In this document: piece by piece, positions 7,626-17,074 of the stretch
Layout: each line of letters begins with the position of its first letter
Position numbering within the stretch: the first letter of the stretch is position 1
Source of the DNA: a virus
Lineage: Duplodnaviria; Caudoviricetes
IMG/VR virus record: IMGVR_UViG_3300016270_000022
Coordinates: 1 to 29,427 of that record
DNA: 29,427 nt
Strand: one strand, 5' to 3'
Notes under the pieces: generated by a model
The model's database searches: none
What the model saw: the letters and a program-made list of their open reading frames with translations, nothing else
What the model was told of the DNA's origin: nothing
Position numbers and translations under genes: made by a program

Positions 7626-8000
7626 ATGACAACCGTTAATTACACAGTCGCGAATGTCAATAATGACGATTCGATTCAGTTGGTGACATGGACCTTAGCG
7701 CAGGGCCAAACTGGCACAGCCTATGCGTTTTCCCAATGGGCTGATCGTTCCATTCAAATCTCCGGCACCTTTGGTGGCGCTACAGTAGCAACCAAGGGCA
7801 GCAACGATAATGCGACGTTTCTTGCATTGCATGACGCATTTGGCAACGCGATGACCGCAACTGCGGCAAATGCCTTGATCCAGATCACCGAGCTATCCGC
7901 CTATGTCCAGCCCGTGGTTACTGGCGGCGATGGCACCACCTCTCTGACCGTAACACTCTGCGCCCGTCGCCCACAACCCCTCTTTAGGCAGTCCCACTAG
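7626..8000 (+). CDS. Hypothetical phage protein, predicted beta-rich
   Basis: AGGA SD; 124 aa; IQISGTFGGATV.. alternating pattern. Confidence 0.7.
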   Translation: MTTVNYTVANVNNDDSIQLVTWTLAQGQTGTAYAFSQWADRSIQISGTFGGATVATKGSNDNATFLALHDAFGNAMTATAANALIQITELSAYVQPVVTGGDGTTSLTVTLCARRPQPLFRQSH

Positions 8001-8009
8001 GAGTAACAA

Positions 8010-8219
8010 ATGTCTCTGCAAGATGACCTGGCTTCCGCTGAAGCCGCAATGAAAGATGCCGCCTCTCGTGTTGACGCAATCCGCGCCAAAATCGAGGCTG
8101 CATTGCCCCATGTAAGCCTGTGGCAAGAGTTGGAATCCCACGCTCAGAGCTTGGAAGAAAGCGTGAAGAACGCATTGATGAACCTCGCCGCACGCGGCAA
8201 AGCTTTGTGGGAGATGTAA
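8010..8219 (+). CDS. Hypothetical helical protein
   Basis: AGGAG SD; 69 aa. Confidence 0.7.
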   Translation: MSLQDDLASAEAAMKDAASRVDAIRAKIEAALPHVSLWQELESHAQSLEESVKNALMNLAARGKALWEM

Positions 8220-8220
8220 C

Positions 8221-8382
8221 ATGGCAACTAAACATGTTGGCTTCAAAGGAGCCATGAAACAGGTCGAGAAGGAAGGCTACAGTAAGAAATCGGCCGGCGC
8301 GATTATTGCCAATGCTAGCCGTAACGCTTCCAAATCGGCCAAGGCAAAGAATCCGGCGCTCAAGCGCGTGAAGGGGAAGTGA
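8221..8382 (+). CDS. Small highly basic protein (53 aa), not in the ORF track
   Basis: MATKHVGFKGAMKQVEKEGYSKKSAGAIIANASRNASKSAKAKNPALKRVKGK; GGGAG SD; TGATG overlap with the next gene. Confidence 0.7.
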   Translation: MATKHVGFKGAMKQVEKEGYSKKSAGAIIANASRNASKSAKAKNPALKRVKGK

Positions 8383-8705
8383 TGGCTGACCAGCAAACTC
8401 AAGGCGGCGCTGATGCCGATGCAGAAGACCAAAGCAGCAATACTCAGGTAGACGGTTCCCCAGATGCCTCCAGCGGCTACTGCATTGAAATCAAGGTAGA
8501 CAGCCAAGGAAACATGAAGGTAGGCGTTGAGCCTTCGTCTGATGAGGAAGGCGAAGACGACAACGATGATGATTTCCAGGAAGTTGACAATCTTCAACAG
8601 GCATTCAAGCTCATCAAGGAAATCGTTTCTCACGCCGGCAACATGGCTGACATGACGCAAAGCTCCGATGAGATGGACCAAGGTTACGGAAGCGGCCCCA
8701 AATGA
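8382..8705 (+). CDS. Highly acidic hypothetical protein
   Basis: D/E-rich; coupled to both neighbours. Confidence 0.7.
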   Translation: MADQQTQGGADADAEDQSSNTQVDGSPDASSGYCIEIKVDSQGNMKVGVEPSSDEEGEDDNDDDFQEVDNLQQAFKLIKEIVSHAGNMADMTQSSDEMDQGYGSGPK

Positions 8706-8977
8706 CACAAATACTCAATTTCCCAACCGCGCAGCCGGAAGGCGTTGACAAGGCCGCACGGGAGCAACCAACTGGCTATAGCCTTGATGGATTGGCGGAC
8801 GCTACCCTAGAGCGCATTGCGGAGTTCTTTGGCAAGTGCGTGAATGAGCCTGGATTCTGTGGCTTCAGCGTTGACGAAATGACGGATGAGGATGGCCGTA
8901 TGCTGTCATTCACGCTGGTCCCCTGCGACGAAGTCAACGGCGATCCAGTGCGCCGTGTAGCCAAGCCGAGGCATTAA
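8702..8977 (+). CDS. Hypothetical protein
   Basis: ATGA overlap; 91 aa. Confidence 0.65.
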   Translation: MTQILNFPTAQPEGVDKAAREQPTGYSLDGLADATLERIAEFFGKCVNEPGFCGFSVDEMTDEDGRMLSFTLVPCDEVNGDPVRRVAKPRH

Positions 8978-9228
8978 TGGATTTCGGCGAATTGGAAAAA
9001 CTTATTTCAGATAAGGCCAAACAAAGCTTTCTCCTAGAGGTTTCAAATTCGCTGGCTCCATTACGGAAAGTAGTAAGCAAACATGCTGGGTTAGATTACG
9101 AAATAAATCGTGAAATAGAAAAACTAGAAAGATTAATCGCAGAAAAAGTTATCGATAAGGTAGTAGGTTCTACGATTAAGAAATGTGCTGATAGATTAGT
9201 TGACATGATTCAAGACGGAGATAGTTAA
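8977..9228 (+). CDS. Hypothetical protein (AT-richer than neighbours)
   Basis: TAATG coupling; GAGG SD. Confidence 0.65.
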   Translation: MDFGELEKLISDKAKQSFLLEVSNSLAPLRKVVSKHAGLDYEINREIEKLERLIAEKVIDKVVGSTIKKCADRLVDMIQDGDS

Positions 9229-9229
9229 A

Positions 9230-9532
9230 ATGCCTCGCGGTGGTGCTCGTAAAGGATCTGGTCGCAAAGTGGGAGCGACTACAAAAAAAACAAAAGAGAT
9301 CGCAGAAAAGGCAATCGCTGAAGGCATTACGCCCCTTGAATACATGCTGAAGGTTATGCGCGACCCAACACCATTGCCAGAAGATGCTTCCGCAGCTCAA
9401 GTGCTGGCAGACCGCATGATGAAATTTGAGGCAGCAAAAGCGGCGGCGCCCTATTTGCATCCTCGATTATCTTCTGTGGAAATGAACGCCAACGTGACGA
9501 ATCACGAGGCATCCCTAGATGAGCTTGAATGA
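9230..9532 (+). CDS. terS: Terminase small subunit
   Basis: MPRGGARKGSGRK N-terminus, TPLEYML, AAKAAAPYLHPRL; overlaps terL start. Confidence 0.75.
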   Translation: MPRGGARKGSGRKVGATTKKTKEIAEKAIAEGITPLEYMLKVMRDPTPLPEDASAAQVLADRMMKFEAAKAAAPYLHPRLSSVEMNANVTNHEASLDELE

Positions 9533-11048
9533 AAAAGAAAAGGCCATACGCCAGCGATTGAAAAGTGATTTCCAGCATTACGCTGAGAAATGCTTAAAGA
9601 TTCGCACCAAGGGCGCCAAGATTGAGCCATTAATACTTAATGAGGCGCAGCAATATTTACATGAGCGCGTAGAAGAGCAAAAAGCGCGCACAGGAAAAGT
9701 AAGGGCGATTATTCTAAAAGGTCGACAGATGGGGTGTTCGACTTATATAGAGGGTCGATTTTATTGGCTGGTTAGTCATACAAAAGGAGTTCGTGCATTC
9801 ATCCTGACGCACGAAGAAGAAGCAACAAACAATCTTTTTGAGATCGCCAATAGGTATCACGAGAACTGTCATCCATTAGTTAAGCCAAGCACGAGCGCAG
9901 CCAATGCCAAAGAGCTGCACTTCAACAAGCTAGACTCTGGTTACAAGGTTGGAACAGCCGGCAATAAAGCAGTGGGTCGCAGTTCCACAATACAACTTTT
10001 TCATGGGAGCGAAATCGGGTTCTGGCCAAATGCGCAACAACATGCCGCCGGTATCATGCAAGCCGTTCCAGATGAAGATGGGACTGAGATATTCAAAGAA
10101 TCAACTGCAAACGGTGTTGGGAATTACTTCCATAAAGAATGGCAAGATGCAGAAGCCGGATTGTCTGAATACATCGCCATCTTTGTTCCTTGGTATTGGA
10201 CAACAGAGTACCGCAAAGAAGTACCTGATGATTTTGTCATCACTGATGAAGAGCGGCAATACAAAGAAGACTATGGTCTTGATCTTGAGCAGATAGCCTG
10301 GCGTCGCAATAAGATTATTGAGTTGAAAGACCCAATCCTGTTTAAGCAGGAATATCCAGCGACAGCGGCAGAAGCATTTCAGGTATCAGGCTCCGATCCT
10401 TACATCAAGTCTGAGCTTGTCATGGCAGCTAGGCGCTGCAAAGACGCTGAGCCATATGGCGATAAAAAGCTTGGTGTCGATCCTGCCCGATTTGGGAACG
10501 ATCGTACCTCAATCTGCTTTCGCGAAGGCCGCAAGGTACATTGGATACGCAGCTACACAAAGAAAAGCACGATGCAGGTCGCTGGCCTTGTAAAAATGGC
10601 GATTGACGAAATTGGCGCGGATCAGTGCGCTATCGACGTTGGCGGCTTAGGGGCTGGCGTCTACGATCGGTTGGTGGAACTTGTAGATGACGATGATTGC
10701 AAGATCGTTCAAGTCAACAGCTCAGAGTCACCGATCGACGAAAAGAGTTATTCAAACAAGCGGGCTGAAATGTGGGGCGAGATAAAAAACTGGCTTGAAG
10801 CGCAGCCGGCAAGCATCCCAGATTCAGATGAGCTACAAGCAGACCTAACGCAGATACAGTACAGCTACAACAGCAATCAAGCGTTGGTGATGGAGAAAAA
10901 GGAAGACATGAAGAAGCGTGGTTTCAGATCTCCAGATATGGCAGATGCGTTGGGTCTTACCTTTGCCGTGCCAATCAAGAAGGCTAAGCCATTGCCGTCT
11001 ATCGACACATATTATTCGAGCACGCCAGGAATGGGGATTTTGGGATGA
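9519..11048 (+). CDS. terL: Terminase large subunit
   Basis: Walker A ILKGRQMGCST, Walker B LFHGSE, coupling ESTANG, nuclease GVDPARFGND and SPDMADAL. Confidence 0.95.
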   Translation: MSLNEKEKAIRQRLKSDFQHYAEKCLKIRTKGAKIEPLILNEAQQYLHERVEEQKARTGKVRAIILKGRQMGCSTYIEGRFYWLVSHTKGVRAFILTHEEEATNNLFEIANRYHENCHPLVKPSTSAANAKELHFNKLDSGYKVGTAGNKAVGRSSTIQLFHGSEIGFWPNAQQHAAGIMQAVPDEDGTEIFKESTANGVGNYFHKEWQDAEAGLSEYIAIFVPWYWTTEYRKEVPDDFVITDEERQYKEDYGLDLEQIAWRRNKIIELKDPILFKQEYPATAAEAFQVSGSDPYIKSELVMAARRCKDAEPYGDKKLGVDPARFGNDRTSICFREGRKVHWIRSYTKKSTMQVAGLVKMAIDEIGADQCAIDVGGLGAGVYDRLVELVDDDDCKIVQVNSSESPIDEKSYSNKRAEMWGEIKNWLEAQPASIPDSDELQADLTQIQYSYNSNQALVMEKKEDMKKRGFRSPDMADALGLTFAVPIKKAKPLPSIDTYYSSTPGMGILG

Positions 11049-11377
11049 TTAAAGAAAAAAATAAGCTTTCAAGAATTTTATTCTGCATTTACAAAGCTGT
11101 TTTATATGCGTGTTCCTTTTTGAGGATATATAAGAGGTCTTGCAATCCTCTTGGAAATGGTAAACATTCAACAAATGAGGAATACATGGCCTATTATAAA
11201 AAATATGGTGGCTATAAATCCTATGGCCCATTCAGGGTGTTTGTATTTAATTGGTCTAAATTAAATCCATTTAATATATGTGGCGTGTTTGCTGATGCAT
11301 CTATGGAATACGGATATTCAAATTCTAATCAGCAGGATAGAAGCCAATACCAAAAAATACGGAAAGTTGTAGAATGA
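11045..11377 (+). CDS. AT-rich hypothetical protein inserted between terL and portal
   Basis: ATGA overlap with terL stop; aromatic/basic; compositionally distinct. Confidence 0.55.
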   Translation: MIKEKNKLSRILFCIYKAVLYACSFLRIYKRSCNPLGNGKHSTNEEYMAYYKKYGGYKSYGPFRVFVFNWSKLNPFNICGVFADASMEYGYSNSNQQDRSQYQKIRKVVE

Positions 11378-11442
11378 ACCAATTTTTCTTGATCGAAGCA
11401 TCATTGCTGCAATTGGCGTTGCAATAGGGCATTTCGTCTAAT

Positions 11443-13965
11443 ATGCATCCTTCAAAATTCCTCGGTAAAGCAAATCCTATTGCTGAGCCGGAGATGTCGC
11501 ACGCCGAAAAAACTGAACATTTCAGTGACCTGTGCACCATCCTGGTCAGCAAGCGCAAGGATGCGATAGACGCACGCAAAGCGTCTGGTTTGGAGACGGT
11601 CTGGATTAACTGCGAAGAGGCATATCTAGGCATTGATGACATGAATCGGCACGAGTTTGCCGAAGCGCGCTGGGCCAAGCCTACTAGTATGACCGGGCCG
11701 CTGACATCTTCGCGTGTGGTAAACGATGAATCGCGATCAAGCGCATTCGTCAGACTTTCTAGTCGATATGCTGATTTCGCTGCAGCAAAATTGGGAGAAA
11801 TCATTCTCCCCATTGATGACAAAGCTTTCTCTTTTAGCCCAACGCCAAACCCAGAACTGATTAAGTCCATTGATGACTTAACGCCTATGGTTGGAGAGTT
11901 GACTGGTAAGCCGCTGATGCGTCCGCTTGGACCCAATGAGCAACCGCCAAATCCGCCGCAGCCTTCGCCTACCGCGCCCCCGCCACTTCCAGGACAAGCG
12001 CAGCAGGCACCAACAAGCACGCCTATTAATGTTTCCGATGTGGCTCAACAGGAAATGGAAAAGGCGCAAGACTGCGCAGACAAAGCCGAAGAAAGAATAT
12101 ATGGCTGGCTAATTGGCAGCAATTATTCTGCTGAAACGCGTAAGGTAATCGCTGATGCATCTCGCTTAGGCGTTGGTGTTCTGAAGGGGCCATTCCCTGA
12201 AATTAAGAAGCTGAAAGCATTTACCAAGAAAGGCAATATCGGCGCCCTACAGATAGAAAAGAAGATAGTCCCAGCGGTGAAGTGGGTTGACCCATGGAAT
12301 TGCTTCCCGAGCGATGATTGTGGCGAAGACATCCACAATGGCGAATACTTCTTTGAGCGCGATTATCTATCTGAAAAAGGTTTGCGCGATCTAAAACAAG
12401 AAGAAGGATATTTAGCAGATCAGATAGACATTGTTTTGCAGGAAGGTCCAGGAAAGGTATATGTTGAGGGCGGCAATCCAAGCGAAAAGAAAAACGATAA
12501 GAAACATCAGCGCTATGAAATCTGGTACTACCATGGAGTATTGACGCCCAAAGACATGGCTGTATTAGAAGCTGTTGGCGTTGATGACATTCCTAAAGAT
12601 CAAGAAGCTGTCTACGCCATTGTGTCGATGATAAACGACACAATCATAAAGGCCGTTATCAATCCACTTGATTCTGGTTCGCTACCATATAAGACAATGC
12701 AGTGGTCACGGCGCCCAGGTAGTTGGGCTGGCGTTGGCGTGATTGAGCAAATACAGATGCCGCAGAAGATGGTCAATGCATCTACTAGGGCACTCTTGAA
12801 TAACGCAGGGTTAAGCGCTGGCCCGCAGATCGTGATAGATCAATTGGGAGTGATCCCTGCGGACGGCTCTTGGAAGTTAACACCAAATAAAATATGGTGG
12901 AAGACAGGCGATTCCGATATAGAGGATGTTCGTGCCTCGTTCTTTGCTACTATCATCCCAAGCGTCCAAAAAGAGATGATGGGGATCATAGAATACGCCA
13001 TGAAATTGGCTGAAGAAAGCACCAGCATACCTTTGATCACGCAAGGTCAAACTGGCGATACCACTCCTGAGACTTTTGGGGCCGCTGAGCTTCAAAACAA
13101 TAATGCCCATACTTGGTTAAGAAGTATCGGCTATAGGTTTGATGACCAGATCACTGAACCATTGATTCACGATCTATACGAATGGTTGATTCTAGATCCT
13201 GATGTTCCGGACGATGAAAAAGGCGATTTTGAAATAAATGCTCACGGATCAATTTCTCTGGTTGAACGGGCTATTCAAGAACAGTTCTACATATCTCTGC
13301 TGAAGGCAGTTGAAAATCCAGCATTTAAACTTGATCCTGCAAAAGTAATTCAGGAATGCCTGAAGTCTAAGAGGCTTGATCCTCGCAAGTTGCAATTCAC
13401 CGCACAGCAGCAGCAGCAGATGGAGCAAGTACCTCCGACACCGCCAATTCAAGTTCAAGTTGCACAGATCAACCAGCAAACAAAACTGGGCGCAATTCAG
13501 GCCCAGCAGCAGGCAGATTTGCGGCAGCAAGCAGCAGAAATGCAGCAAGAGCAGCAAATGCTGCAAAACGGCGGAATGGCACCCCACATGGCAAACGCCA
13601 TGGCACGCATCGAGCAAGAGAAGATCAGGGCAACATCTACGCTCACTGTGGAACAATCTCGCGCCCAGGCAGAATTGGCCTACGCCCAGGCAGAAGCACA
13701 AATGGCGCATGACAACCACATTGCCGATATCCAGAAAATGCAGTTGCAGCGCGATTTGATGATCCTGCAGCTCCAGGCAAAAACCAATATGAGCCTGCAG
13801 GAAATCCATGCAGGATTGGCGAATACTGCAATGCAAGAAGACACAAAGCGGCAATTGGCAGCCGCAGAAATGGCGCAGCAACAAAGCGAAGCGCATCAGC
13901 AACGCCAGCACGAGGCCAATCTAGCCAATATGCAGCAGGTTACCAACAGTAACGCTAATGAATAA
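11443..13965 (+). CDS. Portal protein (podovirus type, long Q-rich C-terminal coiled coil)
   Basis: Follows terL; 840 aa; GVGVLKGPF, VDPWNCFP, GSWAGVGV motifs; exact start uncertain. Confidence 0.85.
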   Translation: MHPSKFLGKANPIAEPEMSHAEKTEHFSDLCTILVSKRKDAIDARKASGLETVWINCEEAYLGIDDMNRHEFAEARWAKPTSMTGPLTSSRVVNDESRSSAFVRLSSRYADFAAAKLGEIILPIDDKAFSFSPTPNPELIKSIDDLTPMVGELTGKPLMRPLGPNEQPPNPPQPSPTAPPPLPGQAQQAPTSTPINVSDVAQQEMEKAQDCADKAEERIYGWLIGSNYSAETRKVIADASRLGVGVLKGPFPEIKKLKAFTKKGNIGALQIEKKIVPAVKWVDPWNCFPSDDCGEDIHNGEYFFERDYLSEKGLRDLKQEEGYLADQIDIVLQEGPGKVYVEGGNPSEKKNDKKHQRYEIWYYHGVLTPKDMAVLEAVGVDDIPKDQEAVYAIVSMINDTIIKAVINPLDSGSLPYKTMQWSRRPGSWAGVGVIEQIQMPQKMVNASTRALLNNAGLSAGPQIVIDQLGVIPADGSWKLTPNKIWWKTGDSDIEDVRASFFATIIPSVQKEMMGIIEYAMKLAEESTSIPLITQGQTGDTTPETFGAAELQNNNAHTWLRSIGYRFDDQITEPLIHDLYEWLILDPDVPDDEKGDFEINAHGSISLVERAIQEQFYISLLKAVENPAFKLDPAKVIQECLKSKRLDPRKLQFTAQQQQQMEQVPPTPPIQVQVAQINQQTKLGAIQAQQQADLRQQAAEMQQEQQMLQNGGMAPHMANAMARIEQEKIRATSTLTVEQSRAQAELAYAQAEAQMAHDNHIADIQKMQLQRDLMILQLQAKTNMSLQEIHAGLANTAMQEDTKRQLAAAEMAQQQSEAHQQRQHEANLANMQQVTNSNANE

Positions 13966-13967
13966 GG

Positions 13968-14180
13968 TTGCATGTGAATCAGCCAATCACCATCACTGAA
14001 GATGAGAAAGAATCGAAACTCTGGAAAAAACTGAAGGAGCACATAGAAACCCGTCTTGATCTCTTGCGAAAGAAGAATGACGGAAATCTGGATGAGTTCG
14101 AAACTGCGCGACTGAGAGGCCGCATATCGGAATTGAAATCGTTCTTTGCTCTAGATAAGGAAGTTCCAGAAATTGAATAG
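13968..14180 (+). CDS. Small phage protein between portal and scaffold
   Basis: 70 aa; LWKKLKEH...LRKKND...TARLRGRI; AAGG SD with TTG start. Confidence 0.7.
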   Translation: MHVNQPITITEDEKESKLWKKLKEHIETRLDLLRKKNDGNLDEFETARLRGRISELKSFFALDKEVPEIE

Positions 14181-14233
14181 CCGCCCTTGAGACGGCAAGC
14201 AGTAACAACTAACGTTATGCGCTGGTTGTCCAT

Positions 14234-14257
14234 GCGGGTTCAACCCGTTTTTATTTT
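14234..14257 (+). terminator. Terminator-like hairpin in the scaffold gene leader
   Basis: GCGGGT-TCA-ACCCGT followed by TTTTATTTT. Confidence 0.45.
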
Positions 14258-14269
14258 GTGAGGATATGA

Positions 14270-15154
14270 ATGTCAGTCCAAGACGACGATCAATTTGAAG
14301 CTGGTTACACAGGCACGCCGACGGAAACGACAGCAGCAGCCAAAGCAGTAACCCCAGCAGATAAACAGGTAGATGCGAAAGCAGGAGATCAAGCAGCGAC
14401 CGCACTAGTGGCCACGCCTGATACGAAGCCAGAACCAGATGCCGCAGATCCAATCAAAGTCCTGATGGAGAAGATGGAATCCATCCAGAAAGGTCAGGAC
14501 AAAGCTTTTGGACACATCGGAGCACTTCAACAAAGTCAGCAAAAGATAGCCGAGCAGTTGGCCGCAGCTCAAGCAGCGACCAAAGCAGTGAACGACTCTC
14601 CTACGCAGACCCAAGTTAAAGAGGCGATGAGTGACCCGGAAGAATGGGCGCGACTGAAAAAGGAATATCCAGAGTGGGCTACAGCTACAGAACAGATCAT
14701 CGATGCCAAAGTTAAACAAAATGGCGGAGTAGATCAGGCCGCTATCGACAAGATTATCGCGGATCATCAAGCGGTAATCGATAAACGCGTAGCAGAAGAA
14801 GTAGCGAAGGCAACGGCAGCGAATCGTCAGGAACTGATTGATTCGCACTTAGACAGTATTGTCGATGGCAACTGGCGCAAAGAGTACACCTCTGAAGCGT
14901 GCCAGAAATGGATGTCAGAGCAACCGCCAGAAATCCAGAAACTAGCCTATTCTAACAAAATGGCAGATGCTGCAAAAGTGCTTAGGATGTATCAGGCATT
15001 TAAGCAGAAAAAGCCGGCACAGGCCACTCAAAAACCTGAAGTATCCACAAGACAGAAACGATTAGAGGCCGCTGTAAATCCTCGTGGCGTTGGCGGTGCA
15101 ACTGCTGCCAATACTGATGAGGATGAGTTTGAGGCTGGGTATAACGGCAGGTAG
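14270..15154 (+). CDS. Capsid scaffolding protein (putative)
   Basis: Between portal and capsid genes; helical, charged, low-complexity N-terminus; GAGG SD. Confidence 0.7.
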   Translation: MSVQDDDQFEAGYTGTPTETTAAAKAVTPADKQVDAKAGDQAATALVATPDTKPEPDAADPIKVLMEKMESIQKGQDKAFGHIGALQQSQQKIAEQLAAAQAATKAVNDSPTQTQVKEAMSDPEEWARLKKEYPEWATATEQIIDAKVKQNGGVDQAAIDKIIADHQAVIDKRVAEEVAKATAANRQELIDSHLDSIVDGNWRKEYTSEACQKWMSEQPPEIQKLAYSNKMADAAKVLRMYQAFKQKKPAQATQKPEVSTRQKRLEAAVNPRGVGGATAANTDEDEFEAGYNGR

Positions 15155-15183
15155 TTGAATTAGTTTATTACTTGTGCTATATT
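15155..15183 (+). promoter_or_regulatory. Promoter of the GIY-YIG gene
   Basis: TTGAAT, 17 nt, TG-extended TATATT; ATG at 15190 coincides with the expected start site. Confidence 0.55.
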
Positions 15184-15189
15184 CCGTGA

Positions 15190-15831
15190 ATGGATAAATT
15201 CAAACCCGGGATATATAAGATTCAACATAAAACAAGTGGTAAGTTTTATGTTGGAAGTGCTAAGAAAATTAGCAGGCGTTGGATTGAACACGTTCGTGAT
15301 CTGCGAGCGCAAAAACATTTCAGTCCCAAATTGCAGAAAGCTTGGAATAAATACGGGCAGGATGCATTTGAATTCTCGATACTTGAGATCGTAGAAGATG
15401 TCCATAAGCTTTTGGAGCGCGAGCAGTTTTGGCTTGATGCTACACAAGCTGTAAAGCATGGATATAACTCGGCTAAAACGGCCGGAAGTCTTCTAGGATT
15501 TAAGCATACCGAGGAAACAAAAGAAAAAATGAAGCAAGCAGCTTTAGGACATATAAAATCCGAAGAGCATCGCAAAAATCTTTCAATAGTCAATACTGGC
15601 AAAAAAATGTCAGCGGAAGCTAGAGAAAAAATGCGGCTTGCCAAACTTGGGAAAAAACGCCCACCGCACACGGAAGAGACTAAAGCATTAATGTCTGCAG
15701 TAAAAATGGGTAAAACTGCTACTGATGAAGCTAAGGCGAAAATGTCTTTAGCTAAAATGGGTAGAAAGTTATCTGAAGAGACTAAAAGGCGAATGTCAAT
15801 TGCTCACCAAAAAAGGCTTCAAAAGTCTTAA
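15190..15831 (+). CDS. GIY-YIG homing endonuclease with NUMOD3 repeats
   Basis: GIYKI...FYVGSA...RW..H; LEREQFW; YN; repeated HTEETK.KMS units. Confidence 0.9.
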   Translation: MDKFKPGIYKIQHKTSGKFYVGSAKKISRRWIEHVRDLRAQKHFSPKLQKAWNKYGQDAFEFSILEIVEDVHKLLEREQFWLDATQAVKHGYNSAKTAGSLLGFKHTEETKEKMKQAALGHIKSEEHRKNLSIVNTGKKMSAEAREKMRLAKLGKKRPPHTEETKALMSAVKMGKTATDEAKAKMSLAKMGRKLSEETKRRMSIAHQKRLQKS

Positions 15832-15857
15832 CAACTAAGCGCAGTAAATCAAAACAC

Positions 15858-15886
15858 AAGCCAGCTTTCGCTGGCTTTTTTATTTT
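15858..15886 (+). terminator. Intrinsic terminator-like hairpin before the capsid gene
   Basis: AAGCCAGC-TTTC-GCTGGCTT plus T run. Confidence 0.65.
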
Positions 15887-15907
15887 CAAATTTAGGAGTT
15901 TTATATC

Positions 15908-16975
15908 ATGACAATGCAGACATTTGCATTAACACCTGGTCGTCTGAACAAGTTTAAGGGCGAAATACTTGCTCATGCGAAACCTTATGAGGTATTGGCT
16001 AAGGCCGGTCGCCAAGTGAAGATGCCGCAGAACATGAGCGACACCTATGTGGCACGTCGCTTCCTGCCATATGGCGCCACTTCGGCACAGCCTAACATCT
16101 TCTTCCCCACCGCTACCGGTGACCGCGGCAACGTGATTGTGCAAGCACACGTTACCCAAGAGGGCGTTACACCAGCTCCAGATAGTATCGTACCTGTGGA
16201 TATTACTGAGGTTGTAGTTCAGTATTCCTGCTTGTACGGCTTCTCCGACAAGACCTTCAATCTGTACGAGGATGACATCCCTGAGCAGATGAAGATCCAG
16301 ATCGGTGAGCGCGTTGGCCTGGTCAATGAAATGATCGTGTACGGCAAGCTGAAATCCTGCACCAACCAGTTCTATGGTGGCGCCGGCACTTCTCGCGCAA
16401 CCGTGGCAGGTCCAATGGTACTGAATCTGCAGCGTGCTGTGGTCCGTAGCTTGATGGCCAACCATGCCTTGCCAGTGACAAAATTGCTGGCCGCCGCTGC
16501 GAAGTATGATACTTCCGCAGTTGCCCCCGGCTATTTCTGCTACACCCACTCGGATTTGGAAGGCCAGATTCGCGACCTGCCCAATTTCACCCCTGCTGAA
16601 AAGTATGCCACTGGCACACCACAAGAAGGTGAAATCGGCAAGTGCGAGCGTTTCCGCTACATCCTATCTCCTGATCTGCCTTCCTTCCAGGATGCCGGCG
16701 CTGCAGTGGCCTCGTGGACTGGTTCCGGCACTGGATATTCGACCACTGGCGTGAACTTGGATGTCTATCCAATGATCGTCATGGGCGCCGATGCCTTCAG
16801 TCAGATCGCCGTGCGCGGTGTTGATTCTCTCGATCCTACCTTCCTGCCTCCTGGCGAAAAATCCAAGTCTGATCCATTGGGTCAACGTGGCTACGCAGGC
16901 ACGTCCTGGTGGAAGGCGACTATGATTGAGAATCAGCTCTGGATGAGCGTTATCAACGTAGCCCGTCAGGCATAA
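15908..16975 (+). CDS. Major capsid protein (N4-gp56-like)
   Basis: 355 aa; AGGAG SD; EGVTP, GEIG, DVYP, KSDPLGQRGY.G..WW motifs; synteny. Confidence 0.88.
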   Translation: MTMQTFALTPGRLNKFKGEILAHAKPYEVLAKAGRQVKMPQNMSDTYVARRFLPYGATSAQPNIFFPTATGDRGNVIVQAHVTQEGVTPAPDSIVPVDITEVVVQYSCLYGFSDKTFNLYEDDIPEQMKIQIGERVGLVNEMIVYGKLKSCTNQFYGGAGTSRATVAGPMVLNLQRAVVRSLMANHALPVTKLLAAAAKYDTSAVAPGYFCYTHSDLEGQIRDLPNFTPAEKYATGTPQEGEIGKCERFRYILSPDLPSFQDAGAAVASWTGSGTGYSTTGVNLDVYPMIVMGADAFSQIAVRGVDSLDPTFLPPGEKSKSDPLGQRGYAGTSWWKATMIENQLWMSVINVARQA

Positions 16976-17074
16976 CATTTAAAATCAATAACTTATGTTG
17001 GAGTAACTACTTGGATATAAAAACTTATCAAATTAAATGATATAATTTCCTTGTTATGAGCGAGGAGATAAATC

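Noticed and set aside
9519-11048. Intein in terL
   Set aside because: Normal length, contiguous motifs, no splice-junction signatures
13400-13960. CAG-rich repeats and long antisense ORFs in the portal 3' end
   Set aside because: Explained by Gln-rich coiled-coil coding
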